Source of the DNA: a virus
Lineage: Duplodnaviria; Caudoviricetes
Virus record (IMG/VR): IMGVR_UViG_3300037400_005125
Span: 1-64,000 of that record
Reading direction: 5' to 3' (one strand)
DNA length: 64,000 bases
Positions 1-10,800 of this stretch are shown piece after piece (the stretch's first letter is position 1; each line of letters opens with the position of its first letter). Position numbers and translations under genes: made by a program. The notes beneath the pieces were generated by a model. That model made no database searches. It was not told the origin of the DNA and worked only from the letters and a program-made list of their open reading frames with translations.

Positions 1-372
1 TTCAACCTCAACATCACCATACACTGGAGTCGCTTTCATTCCACAATCAATAGCATATTTGAAATCAAAATTGTTTTCCGTCTCATATATAACTGGAATA
101 ATTCCATTATTGATACAGGAGGCAATCAAACAGTTTTTAATTGTTGATTTTCCAGTGTTAGACCAACCTGTTACAATTGTAAGATATCCCTTTGGTATTC
201 CAGGCAATTTGATTGCATCTGAGAATGCTTCTGGCAATGGTATGAAATCCATTGGTTTATCTGCTACTGAATTCGCATAATCAGTGTCATTTTTCATGTT
301 AAGCTCAAGTTTCTCCTTCAAAGAAGCGATACTTGGTCTCTTAAATTCCTTTTTCTTTATTGGCTGCTTCAT
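1..372 (-). CDS. RecA/UvsX-like recombinase, N-terminal part (runs off left edge; not in supplied ORF track)
   Basis: Manual translation from ATG at 372: MKQPIKKKEF...LPGIPKGYLTIVTGWSNTGKSTIKNCLIASCINNGIIPVIYETENNFD...; Walker A GWSNTGKST followed by the RecA-type hhhhETE strand; open to position 1. Confidence 0.8.
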   Translation of the reverse strand, partial: MKQPIKKKEFKRPSIASLKEKLELNMKNDTDYANSVADKPMDFIPLPEAFSDAIKLPGIPKGYLTIVTGWSNTGKSTIKNCLIASCINNGIIPVIYETENNFDFKYAIDCGMKATPVYGDVEVE

Positions 373-563
373 GCTATCATAATATTTTCATCTTTTATTT
401 TCCTAAAATATCTGTCAACTAACAGTACGTCATAGTCATAACCTAAATTATCACGTATAGTCCCATCTGCCATTGACACGTATACATTACCTTCTGTGTA
501 CCACTCCCCAAGTGTCTCATTGCAAATAAAAGCCATACCTTTCTTTATGTCACTGTTCACCAT
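369..563 (-). CDS. hypothetical protein (64 aa)
   Basis: ORF overlaps the tdk stop and the recA start (operon-like packing). Confidence 0.6.
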   Translation of the reverse strand: MVNSDIKKGMAFICNETLGEWYTEGNVYVSMADGTIRDNLGYDYDVLLVDRYFRKIKDENIMIA

Positions 564-1176
564 TTTCTGCTAGTTTTTTATCTCTGATTTTATTCTTCCA
601 ACATTTCCTACAAAGAGACTTATACATATCATTTCCACCGATTACAACTTGGTCACCTTCTGTTACAATCTTTCCATTTTCGTCAAATCTTGCGTTTATT
701 GATGTTTTACTTTCACCACAAGCACAAGTTGATTTTATCTCCTCTAGGTCATCCGCTATCTCAAACAACCTTTTGGATGCTGGGAAAAGTTTAGATTGGA
801 AATCAGTTCTCAACCCATAGCATATAACACTTATACCAAGGAAATCTACAACGTCTGATAGTTGGTCTACCTGCTGTTCTGTCAGAAATTGACACTCATC
901 TACGAGTATCCACTTAAGTTCGATGAATTGTGAAGCTAAGAAGTTTCTGTACTCCTTAACCATGCGATATATGTTGATATCGTCATCAACACTTATACAT
1001 TTTCTCTCAATTCCGACTCTTGAACGTATGATACCCTCACCATCCCTAGTATCAGCAGATGGCTTGAGTACCATAATTTCAAGACCGTTTTCTTCAAGAT
1101 TATGGGCTGTGGTCAATAGTAGCATACTCTTTGCACTATTCATACAGCCGAATTTGAAGTAAAGTTTATTACTCAT
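550..1176 (-). CDS. tdk: thymidine kinase
   Basis: FGCMNSAKS P-loop, VDECQF, YGLRTDF and C-terminal CxCG...CRKC zinc site of type II TK. Confidence 0.95.
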   Translation of the reverse strand: MSNKLYFKFGCMNSAKSMLLLTTAHNLEENGLEIMVLKPSADTRDGEGIIRSRVGIERKCISVDDDINIYRMVKEYRNFLASQFIELKWILVDECQFLTEQQVDQLSDVVDFLGISVICYGLRTDFQSKLFPASKRLFEIADDLEEIKSTCACGESKTSINARFDENGKIVTEGDQVVIGGNDMYKSLCRKCWKNKIRDKKLAENGEQ

Positions 1177-1203
1177 TATGCTTCATAACATTACTAAATT
1201 AGT

Positions 1204-2217
1204 TTAAAATGGAAGACTGTCACCATCTTCTTCATCTGATGTGTCAAACTTAGTACCATCTATTATACCACTGGTTGCAGGGGATGCAACCTCAGAATAA
1301 TCTCTTGCCTGTTCTGTCATTGCCTCTTCCATTCTCTGTTTGTTGGCTTCCTCCTTAATTTTGTCAGCTTCAACTTTATTCACGTACTTTTTTTCTTCCT
1401 TGCTGAATACTGGAACGCCACCTTCTGCAACAATTGCCATATAATCATATGGTTTAACAGTATAGACCTCATACCATTTCTTCTCGTCCTTAATCCATTT
1501 CTCGCCAAGTTCATAATCTTCTGTGAGTGGGCATGGGAAGCCACCATCAAGTATTTGTATTGCCGTCTTACCATCTGAACCCTTGTTAAGCTTGATTATG
1601 AGGTCAAGACCGTTGTTTAAGTCAAAGATGCTATAATCATTACCCTTTGCCTTTGCGGACTCTCTTCTTACCTCAGCAAGACCCATAATCTGGTCGTGTA
1701 CGCCTTTTCCTTGCCTATTGTCTGGGAACATCCAGAATTTAACACCGTCTTCCTCATGACCACGCTCAATGCAGCGAACAATCCACATATCCTTAGCCCT
1801 ATTCAAGAACTCTATGTCACCATATTTCTTCTTTGTTGGCTCGTCAAGTGCCTTGCCCTTAAGCTCACGTGCTTTCACAGAAATATCACAGAATGGACAT
1901 TTATCACCCATCAGTTTTCCGTCTTTCTTGTTCTTTGTAGGACACACGAAAGACTTCCATCCGTTGGATGAAATTTCCTTATTTACACGTACAGTGTGCA
2001 TATGAACCTTTTGGAATGCTGTTCCACTATCTGGGGTGATAGGGAGCAATCTGATTGTAAGTGTTTTTGAAGTCTCATTTTCACCCAATTTCGCTTGTAA
2101 ATAATTCTTGGTGTCAAACTGAGTCTTCTTAACTTTTGGTTGTTGTGTATGCTCTTCTGCATACTGTCTTTCGACTTCATCTGCGCTAATGTTTGCGCTA
2201 AACTTTTTGTTTTCCAT
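1204..2217 (-). CDS. single-stranded DNA-binding protein (T4 gp32-like)
   Basis: IRLLP...HMH, CP..CPFC zinc motif, FDLxxGxDL, acidic C-terminal tail ending DSLPF. Confidence 0.85.
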   Translation of the reverse strand: MENKKFSANISADEVERQYAEEHTQQPKVKKTQFDTKNYLQAKLGENETSKTLTIRLLPITPDSGTAFQKVHMHTVRVNKEISSNGWKSFVCPTKNKKDGKLMGDKCPFCDISVKARELKGKALDEPTKKKYGDIEFLNRAKDMWIVRCIERGHEEDGVKFWMFPDNRQGKGVHDQIMGLAEVRRESAKAKGNDYSIFDLNNGLDLIIKLNKGSDGKTAIQILDGGFPCPLTEDYELGEKWIKDEKKWYEVYTVKPYDYMAIVAEGGVPVFSKEEKKYVNKVEADKIKEEANKQRMEEAMTEQARDYSEVASPATSGIIDGTKFDTSDEEDGDSLPF

Positions 2218-2280
2218 TAATTAAAATTGTTAAAAATATTATTGATGCACACCTAACTGTGTGCTTAAAATTATCTAATG

Positions 2281-2312
2281 CAAAGATATATAAAAAATGT
2301 TAAAAAAGCAAA
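2281..2312 (-). promoter_or_regulatory. Bacteroidota sigma70-type (early/host) promoter for ssb-tdk-recA
   Basis: Minus strand TTTG (2309-2312) ... TATCTTTG (2281-2288) matches the -33 TTTG / -7 TAnnTTTG consensus. Confidence 0.85.
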
Positions 2313-2365
2313 TTTTTCCCCAACAATTTTTAATAGTTTTTAACTGTTGGGGAAATATATACTCA

Positions 2366-2617
2366 CTATTGAGAATTCCTTATTCTCATCAGTTCTTTCT
2401 TTAGTCCATTAAGATTATACTTGTCATATAATCTAGCGTTTATTCCTGATATACCACCTTTAAAACCTCTAACTGTATAAAACCTATCTATCGCATGTAT
2501 TAATTCATTTATTACATCGATGCCAAGTTCTGATGGTGGAATGTCCATGACTGGTTCATCTTCAGAATCTTGAAGAATTCTATTAAAGTCATTTTCTCTT
2601 ATAATAACCTTTTTCAT
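2366..2617 (-). CDS. hypothetical protein with leader-like N-terminus (MKKVIIRENDFNRIL)
   Basis: ORF track; coupled to the upstream ORF (start overlaps its stop). Confidence 0.65.
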   Translation of the reverse strand: MKKVIIRENDFNRILQDSEDEPVMDIPPSELGIDVINELIHAIDRFYTVRGFKGGISGINARLYDKYNLNGLKKELMRIRNSQ

Positions 2618-3465
2618 TACAGTTTAAAGAGTTTGTCAAGCGTCTGAATGTCATCGTCATCAATGCTGAAACTCTTCTCTATATCGCTTGGTAGGTCATT
2701 GACATCATCAGCAGTTATTGCATATTGGTCTTCCGTTGATTTATCGTTGTCAGTATAAATCTCATAGTTTGGCTTATCCTGCATCTTCTTTTCCCAGAAA
2801 TCACCAGGTGTTACGTTGAATGGATAAGAATCATATACGCCACGCATGTCAAGTTTCTCAGTCTGTGTTGGATTTCTCTTCTCGAACTCTGCCTTAAGAG
2901 TTTCAAGTTCACTATTGTTGCTGTCAAGAGCTGACTGTAAGCCCTCAATCTTATCGATGAGGTCTGTAATCTTACTGTCAACCTTCGAGAAATCTCTTCC
3001 AAGATGATTCTGCTTAACGTATATTTTCTTCTCTGTATCTGTAAGACCTTCTATATCAATGGCATCATCAGGCATACCTCCTTCATCTTCCATTTCATCG
3101 TCGCCAGTTCTCTGGTCTGCAAATGGGTCTTCACCAGTATCAGGTCCTACTGGGGCTGATGCGTCAGGCATTGGCTGTCCCATTGCATTTGAGTCTGCCC
3201 CCATTTCCTGTCCTCCAGGGGCTGCATTTGGGTCACCACCCATTGCATTTGGGTCACCTCCAGCCATAGGGCCACCTCCTGGCATACCTCCCATTGCGTT
3301 AGGGTCTCCACTAGGCGCTCCACCCATTGCATTAGGGTCTTGCTGTGCATTTGGGTCATCCTCTCCTTCTTCCTGCATTACATGCCCAAATGTCTCGCAC
3401 AACTGCATGAAATGTTTGTGTGCCTCGTATAGATTATTTTCTTTAAGGTACTTAATGTTAGTCAT
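2617..3465 (-). CDS. hypothetical low-complexity/coiled-coil protein, possible head scaffold or core
   Basis: DPNAMGG repeats, acidic tract and a coiled-coil segment; the function call is inference. Confidence 0.55.
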   Translation of the reverse strand: MTNIKYLKENNLYEAHKHFMQLCETFGHVMQEEGEDDPNAQQDPNAMGGAPSGDPNAMGGMPGGGPMAGGDPNAMGGDPNAAPGGQEMGADSNAMGQPMPDASAPVGPDTGEDPFADQRTGDDEMEDEGGMPDDAIDIEGLTDTEKKIYVKQNHLGRDFSKVDSKITDLIDKIEGLQSALDSNNSELETLKAEFEKRNPTQTEKLDMRGVYDSYPFNVTPGDFWEKKMQDKPNYEIYTDNDKSTEDQYAITADDVNDLPSDIEKSFSIDDDDIQTLDKLFKL

Positions 3466-3472
3466 TTTTGTA

Positions 3473-3763
3473 TTAATCGTTCAAAAGCTCTTTATTATCC
3501 TCTGTGAGAATTGTCTTGGAACTCTCTGTTCTCTCGATAAGTCCCTTGTCTTTCTTCACCCTCTTAACAGGTGATGCAGGCGTACCGTTAAGTGCAGCCT
3601 GTGCCATAGCAATTTTCTCTTCTGTTGTCATAACGCTTTTATTTTCATCAATCTTATTTTCCTTTACTGGTGTTACCTCTTCTTTAGGAGTAATATTCTG
3701 AACAAATACGTTTTCCTTCTGAGGTTTAATACTTTGTGAATGTTTCATTATAAAACGTGTCAT
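3473..3763 (-). CDS. hypothetical protein
   Basis: ORF track; preceded by sense-strand TATTTATA at 3780-3787. Confidence 0.7.
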   Translation of the reverse strand: MTRFIMKHSQSIKPQKENVFVQNITPKEEVTPVKENKIDENKSVMTTEEKIAMAQAALNGTPASPVKRVKKDKGLIERTESSKTILTEDNKELLND

Positions 3764-3792
3764 AATATCAATATTTTACTATAAATATCAGA

Positions 3793-4197
3793 TTATTTAA
3801 AAAATACTGAAGTATCTTCTACTTTAGATAAATTTGATACTGATAAAACGCCATTCGTTAATATTATAAGTTTATTCTTGTATTTATTCCAATCAACAAC
3901 ATACTCATTGTTAGGCTTATCATTAGCCTTTTCCTGGTCAATAAGTTTATTTAGTGCATTTATTGAAAACAAACACCCATTTTTTACATGCATGACTGTT
4001 GCATTGTTAATCTTCTTGATAAATCTGTCCTTGTCAAAAGTTTTAAATGTTACAAGATATTCAAGGTTGTTGGTATCAATTTCATAGATGAAAACTCTAT
4101 CTAACTTTATACCAAATCTTGTCTTAATCATTTCAAGAAATGACAATATTTTATTCTTCTTTACGAATGTTCCTATTATAACACCATTTGTACTCAT
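3793..4197 (-). CDS. hypothetical protein
   Basis: ORF track, operon-packed. Confidence 0.7.
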   Translation of the reverse strand: MSTNGVIIGTFVKKNKILSFLEMIKTRFGIKLDRVFIYEIDTNNLEYLVTFKTFDKDRFIKKINNATVMHVKNGCLFSINALNKLIDQEKANDKPNNEYVVDWNKYKNKLIILTNGVLSVSNLSKVEDTSVFFK

Positions 4198-4208
4198 TGT
4201 TTATTTTA

Positions 4209-4799
4209 CTAAGTTGAAATGAAATATGGCATTGCATACTTCTTATTACCCAAGTGTCTCTCAAGTTTAATCAACCATTTTACTGAACCATCGAATATTT
4301 TATTACTTGGGTTAGAGATTAGAAGGTTCATGACCTTATCACGTTTTATCCCGCAATATTCTAGAATATCAAGGGACACACCCACAACCTTTCCCTCATA
4401 CATTGTATACAAAAGGTTGTTATTTATATAAATATTTTTTCTTTCCGTAGAATTAAAGATATTATATATTTTTTTAATTTTACTATATCCTAAAGTTAAT
4501 ATATCTATATAATAATATCTTATATTTTCTATTACGTTCTCGAAAATATATTTGTAGAACTTCTTCAGGTCTTGTTCAAACTCAGAACGGCTCTCGCTCT
4601 TCTTGAAAGTCCAGAATAAGCCAGGGGCTAACCTCCTGTTCAAAATAGAAGTATACCCATTATGCTCCTTTGCTTTAGACCAACCTACCATAAGGATAGG
4701 CTTTGTGGAATCAGCTTCTGAAATGTCTTTCACTTGCTCCACAAAGCCCTCAATGTCGTTTAATTTTTTATCAGTTATTATATATCCAAGTGTTTTCAT
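4209..4799 (-). CDS. hypothetical protein
   Basis: ORF track; directly downstream of a host-type promoter. Confidence 0.75.
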   Translation of the reverse strand: MKTLGYIITDKKLNDIEGFVEQVKDISEADSTKPILMVGWSKAKEHNGYTSILNRRLAPGLFWTFKKSESRSEFEQDLKKFYKYIFENVIENIRYYYIDILTLGYSKIKKIYNIFNSTERKNIYINNNLLYTMYEGKVVGVSLDILEYCGIKRDKVMNLLISNPSNKIFDGSVKWLIKLERHLGNKKYAMPYFIST

Positions 4800-4803
4800 A
4801 CTG

Positions 4804-4835
4804 CAAAGATATATAAAAAAAGTTAAAAAAGCAAA
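4804..4835 (-). promoter_or_regulatory. Bacteroidota sigma70-type promoter
   Basis: TTTG (4832-4835) ... TATCTTTG (4804-4811); nearly identical to the promoter at 2281-2312. Confidence 0.85.
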
Positions 4836-7800
4836 TTAACTTTTCTTTTTATTATGGAATCTATAGATTGCATATGGCTGTAATGAAGAATATACATTCA
4901 TATTGTTTTGTATAAAGTCAGAACACCAACCCCTTGATGAAGTATATAAACAAGCATGGAATTTTCCACCACCATTAGGTCCAAGTATTGCAACATCACC
5001 AGCTTGCAATGATATATTTGGATTTCCACGTGGTGCAACTGTTCCACTATCAATTTGTACAAATCCATTTTTTTCAAGTATTCCATGATAGCGTAAATTC
5101 GTTGCATGACCATTACCACCACAAGACATTCTGTTTTTTAGTGGTCCACCACCTGCTGCTATTGCATCTTCAACATAAGAAGCACATTTACTAACTCCAC
5201 ATTTAGTTTCACTGCCAACAGTTCTACATCCTTGGTTATGTGAAATTATCCAAGCACAAGCTTTTCCTACATCCCACCCATCAATAGAGCCAGCATCACC
5301 ATGACTAATTTCACTTGGGTTCGCATTATTATTTGTACCACCATTAAATAGTGTGTTACAGTCAGTTGGCTTGAATTTGTCAAGGCATGAAGGTGAATTA
5401 CTGAACTGTGGACACTCAGTTGTAAACACGTTCTTATCGCCTGCGCCATACTTCTTTCCAAGACTCTGCATCAGCTTTTCGTTACACTCGTCACCATTAA
5501 GTTTTCCTGATACATTACCACCACCGTTCTGTACATAGATTCTTCTTTCATTGTTTTTAACAGTTTTACCAACTTTTAAGAGAAGTTTGTCTGGATATTC
5601 TGAAGGTGAATTTTTATAAACCCAGCTCATACTTCCAACGTGGTTGTAATATTCAGGAGAATTAAGTATTATATCAAACAGAACAGCTAACTTTGTGTAA
5701 TCATTACCCTCTATCCTTATCTGGAGATAGGTTTTATCATTATCACGATATGCTGGAATTAGATTTCCAGAATAAGAGCCTGTTGAATTAAGAGATTTCT
5801 GAACAGCATTGAAAAACAGCTCTGTAAATGGTTTTTTACTGGTTTTAGCTGTATTTATTTGTCTAGTACTTTCGTAAGAATCAAAGAATTTTTCAGCCAT
5901 GTCTTGTCTTTTACTTGCATCATTTCCTCTTTCATAAGCTGCTCTAAAATGCTCTGCTGCAACCCTTGCAGATGAATCCGAAAGTAATTTTTCCTTTGAA
6001 AACTTTCCACCATTTTTAGGGTCAGTTACATTACTAATTGTGTCATTAAGGAATTTTATTTGAGTATCTACTGTTATACCAGATTTACTAAATAAATTTT
6101 TTAAGCCAGACTTGTCTAATCCTCCAGTAACACATTTTTGATTAGGTTGACCATATCCATCTGGTTGCTTTAATATTAGGTGAGATAGATTTTTCTCTTT
6201 ATTATTTCCGTTGTTATCTCTCCACTGACAAAGTCCTCCAGATTTTCCACCGTTATCAAACGCATTAACACTAGTGTGGTCAAAATGAGGTAATGTTTCA
6301 ACCCACATATTACCAACTATACCAGCAGCAGCTATTCTAACATCCTTATCAGAGCAATCGTCTTTGTTATATAAAACCTTAGCTATTTTATCCATTAAAG
6401 TCTTAGCTTTCTCTAAATCTGAACCAGACAAATAAACACTATCATCATTCTCAATTGGGAACACCTGATAAGGACAGTCGTTTGTTGTATCTGCCATTAG
6501 ATACTTCTTGTCCTCATTGTATGTACCGCCCTCATTGATTGCATCTTCTTCATCTGTGAAAATATCAGTGACAATTTTGTTGGAATACTTGCTCATCCTT
6601 ACACCAGTTATAGTAGTTGTCATATCACCAGGTCTCAAAGAATGTTTTACTTTTGATATGAGATATGAGCCTCTAAAGAATGGAACATTAAGTAGCACAA
6701 AATACATGAGTGGCTGCACAAATGCACAACCCATCATTTCCACGTTACATGTATATGACTGGTTAGAATAGATATCATATAAGTCTTGTGCTCCTACACC
6801 TTTAGCTGTCTTATCTCTGCTTGCAGCAAGTATAGAGTGCTTTGCAACGATAGCCTGTTCCGTTGTTGTTGGGTTAGACATATCTACATTAACACTCTTG
6901 AAATAGTTTTGGTATTGTCTACCATATGATACTCCAAAAGCAGGTATTTTGTAAAACCTTTTTTCGTCACCCCTTGATTTAATTGGCAATGGAGTATCAT
7001 ATTCATCATTAAGCATAAAACCGTCATCCTTATACTCACCGTTTGCAACATTCAAATTCCTAGATGACTCATATGTATAAATCACTACGAAATCTGGGAA
7101 TGGGTCTGGTCTAGACATACTATTATAAGGTACTGGAACAAATAAGTTGTTTATACCATCAGATAGCATCTTGAAATTCTGAATACATTTCATCATGCAT
7201 CTATGCTCTCCATATACTTGTGCGAAGAAACTATACAACATAACATTTGTATCCATTGACTCTGTTGCTAGTTTTATAATCTTTGACAATTTTCTAGGGT
7301 TTATAAGAAGCTTATCTCCGATTTTATTATAAAACGAGTCAATAAAGAAGAAATTGTTACCAAGTGGGTTTTGTTTTTGTTTTTCATTAAAGAACTGGTC
7401 AAATTTCCATGTGTCAAAAGTTGTTGCAGCAGCCCATTTGTCATAGATTTGCTTCAAATACCTATACAGTTCAATCTTCATGTCTTCTGTTGTTTGTGTA
7501 GGATTTTGAGCTATCGTTGTTGGGTCACCTCCTCCTTCCTCAAGACCGTTTATTTGTCTAAGTGTCTTCAGGAAAGAGTCAAGATATACCTTAGCTTGTG
7601 TTTCACTAACATAATATGCTTTTTCAAAGTCGCTATCCTTTGATTTGGCTGAACCATCTGATGCAACAGTAAGATTTATTATACCAACCATAGACATCAG
7701 ACTATTTGTAATGGATTTTATAACATCTGAATTTTGTCTGAACAAAGCCCTTTTTACTGTTGCACCACTTTCTCTGTCAAACATTACCTTTTCATAGTGT

Positions 7801-10800
7801 ACATGAGAAACTTTATTGGTCTTATTCATGTCCTTTATTTTAAGCTCATTGAATTTAGCTTTATAAGAAACACACCAATCTCTAAAGTGCTTTACATATG
7901 AAAGTTTGCAAGCAGTTGACATGCCGTTTATTACTCCTGTCAACGCCTCAAATCCGTAAGGTACAACGATGAATTTTCTAGCATAATCCACATTGAATAC
8001 ACTAGTAAATGGAACGCTCTTTCTGACACCATTAGAATCAATGAATGAATTACAATAATACGCTGCAATAACCGCACCAATCTGCAATGAAGCGATATTA
8101 GGTATATAAGCAAACGACTTGTTATTGATGTTGTCTGCAATTTTATCATACTTTATACCAGTAAGGCCCATCAGAAAAAATGCCATTTGTACTTCTTCAC
8201 TGGTAATAACTTCACATTCATTCTTTATGAAACTAGAAAGATTAACATATTCTGGTGTATAGAAAAAAGATTTTGATTGGTCTATTGAATATTTACCATC
8301 AACCTTCTTAAATCCAAAAGATTCTGTTATGGTGAAGGACTGTATAGAACCATTAATCATTTCATCAAAATATCCATCCTCTGAAAAACGGTATTTTCTT
8401 TCATCGTTTGCCTCGCTTTTAGTAACACCACCGCCATATGCAAGTGAAGTATCATCAAACCCATATATCGTATACGTATTACCAGGTTTTGCAAGGTATG
8501 CTTCATCTATGCACCTGTTGAAAGATATTGGGTAATCACTACTAGGTGGTGCTATAACACCAGCTAAATTTTTACTAACATCAGGTTTAATTGTTGTAGA
8601 AACAAGATTTGCTACATCAGAGTATTCTGATACTGTGTTAGATTGTGCATTCTGTAATATTTCCCAAATATCTTTACTTTTGTTAGTAAATTTTACTGTG
8701 TTAAAGAAACTGGTTTCTCCATCCCTAGTTATTGCCCTTCTTAGGTTGTTACCACCTATTTTTTCGAAAGAATCAATGACAATAATATCTTCATCTTCAA
8801 TTGGGTATTTTCCAGCATTTATGGCATTAAATGAACTTTTAAGCTTTTTAAATGACATGTTTTGTAATGGGTGCAGCGCCATACCAGATGAAGCTGACCT
8901 GTATTTAGTAAGCCACATGTTTCCTGATGAAAATAGCATTTTACCATTTCCATTATTATCTTCCCATGCAAGTTTTCCTTCAATACTTCCTTTACCAGTT
9001 ACAATTTTAATAATATCTTCTCCATTTTTGATTGAACCGTTCTCTCCTATTGCACTCATCAATTTTGGGTTCTTAATCTTGTTGAGCTTGTGAAAGTTGT
9101 ATGCTTCTATTTTACCTAATTTTTCAGCAAGTGCCAACCAGTTTGACTTATGTTCTTTTCTGAAGTGATTCAATGAAAGTATTCCAAACATTCTCATACA
9201 AACCTTTCCAGCAAATGCATCTATGCTGTTTGTTATATCATCCTCATTTCCATAAGGATTCTTTTTTATTACAAAATCATAACTTGTTAAAGGCATTGGC
9301 ATGATACTAACAGCAGTATTATCTACTGGCTCTGATTCTGAATTTATATTGTTTACAGCAGCCTGTATTTCTTTCTCAAGTTCGTATATTTTACTAACAC
9401 CGTTGAAAAGACCGTTTATCATATCAACTTCCTTAAAGCCAATGCCATCAGTGAAATTTCCAGCCCAGGCATCTTCACTTTTTGAATACCCATCAGCATC
9501 AGTGGTAAGTACAGTTAATCTTGGAAATGGTGCTACGTTATCATCTTTTTTATTGATGTCAACTACACCAGAATCACCAGACTCTATACCAAGTTGTGAC
9601 AACGTTCTTGACTTTGTTTGGTCAACAACATCATACATCATAGCCATAAGAGTTTCAAGGTGTGCCATCACAATTTTAGTAAAATTTTCTATCGTTGGAT
9701 ACCACCCCATCTTTTCATACATATGCTTGTTAAGTGCTTTCCTCTTCTGTATTTTATCATCCTTGTTCCTATTTGCATCTTCTATGAGAGAATTTATTCT
9801 CCTTTTCAAATCTGTATAGTCAAGGTCTATAACAAAAGCACTAGTATATTGGTTTTCTCCATCATCATACAATTTCGCTAATACATTCTGTTGATGTGTT
9901 GGCTCATTGCCAAAAATAGTTTCTATAGCTTCTTTCCTTGGTAAAATATTATCAGAATGAAAACCATCAAATGTTAATATATTCTTTCTATTATTGTACC
10001 AAATAGGTCTGAGGGTTCTAATCTTTTTATAAGCAAAATTTTCTTTTATTCTGTCTAACTGCCTATATGCTTTTCCAGAATTGTTATATTCGTCTATGGC
10101 ACTTTGTAAATTATCACTTAATTTCCTGAATGATTCGTCATATTGTAAAAACTCTTTAGACAAATCATTTTCCTTTATGTTCTTACCATTTGTGAAAATT
10201 ACTATAAGTTTATAGTCTTCATCTTCCACCCCTCCAAAAGCATAACAATAGTCAGTTCCATACATAGAAGTACAATTTATATACAGCGAATCATACCAAG
10301 ACTTATACATATTTCTAAGCTTGGTAAGCGTTTGTATTTCTATTTCATGTGTTTTGCTTTCTTCGTCTTCTGTTGTATCGTGTGATTCGTTGTCAGAATC
10401 ATTCATAAGAGTTTCAAAATCTCTTCTTATTTCATACAACTTAGGCATCCTAACAGTAGAACCATTTTGATTTGGTAATGTGAATCTACCAGACTTTACC
10501 TGACTGTCCCAATATTTTTCACCAATGTAATCAGAAAATGGTGCAGCCAAAAGTGCATTAAATGAAACGTCAGCCATAAAGGAATAGGCAAATCCTATGA
10601 ACCTTGCAGTAACATCGAAATTACCGTTAGATGAGTTAAATGCTGTATCAAATTTATCACACATAACCTGGTATGATACTGGTTCTCCGTAAAATCCCTT
10701 CAATACAATGGTAAACTTAGGTATTGGAAGAGTAAAGAATGAATGAAAAAATGATTGTGCTATATTGTCTTTAGAAAAACCCCTAATTCCGTTAAAAGAC

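Noticed and set aside
2315-2355. Hairpin TTTCCCCAACA...TGTTGGGGAAA as a terminator
   Set aside because: It has a 19-nt loop and no U-tract on the transcribed minus strand. It may be regulatory, but it is not supportable as an intrinsic terminator.
3059-3574. Long antisense or alternate-frame ORFs (e.g. 3059-3574, 8635-9093, 9301-9819, 19813-20439, 22531-23049, 46331-46729, 51236-51730)
   Set aside because: These are shadow ORFs opposite well-supported genes; their composition mirrors the sense codons and they have no promoter or motif support.
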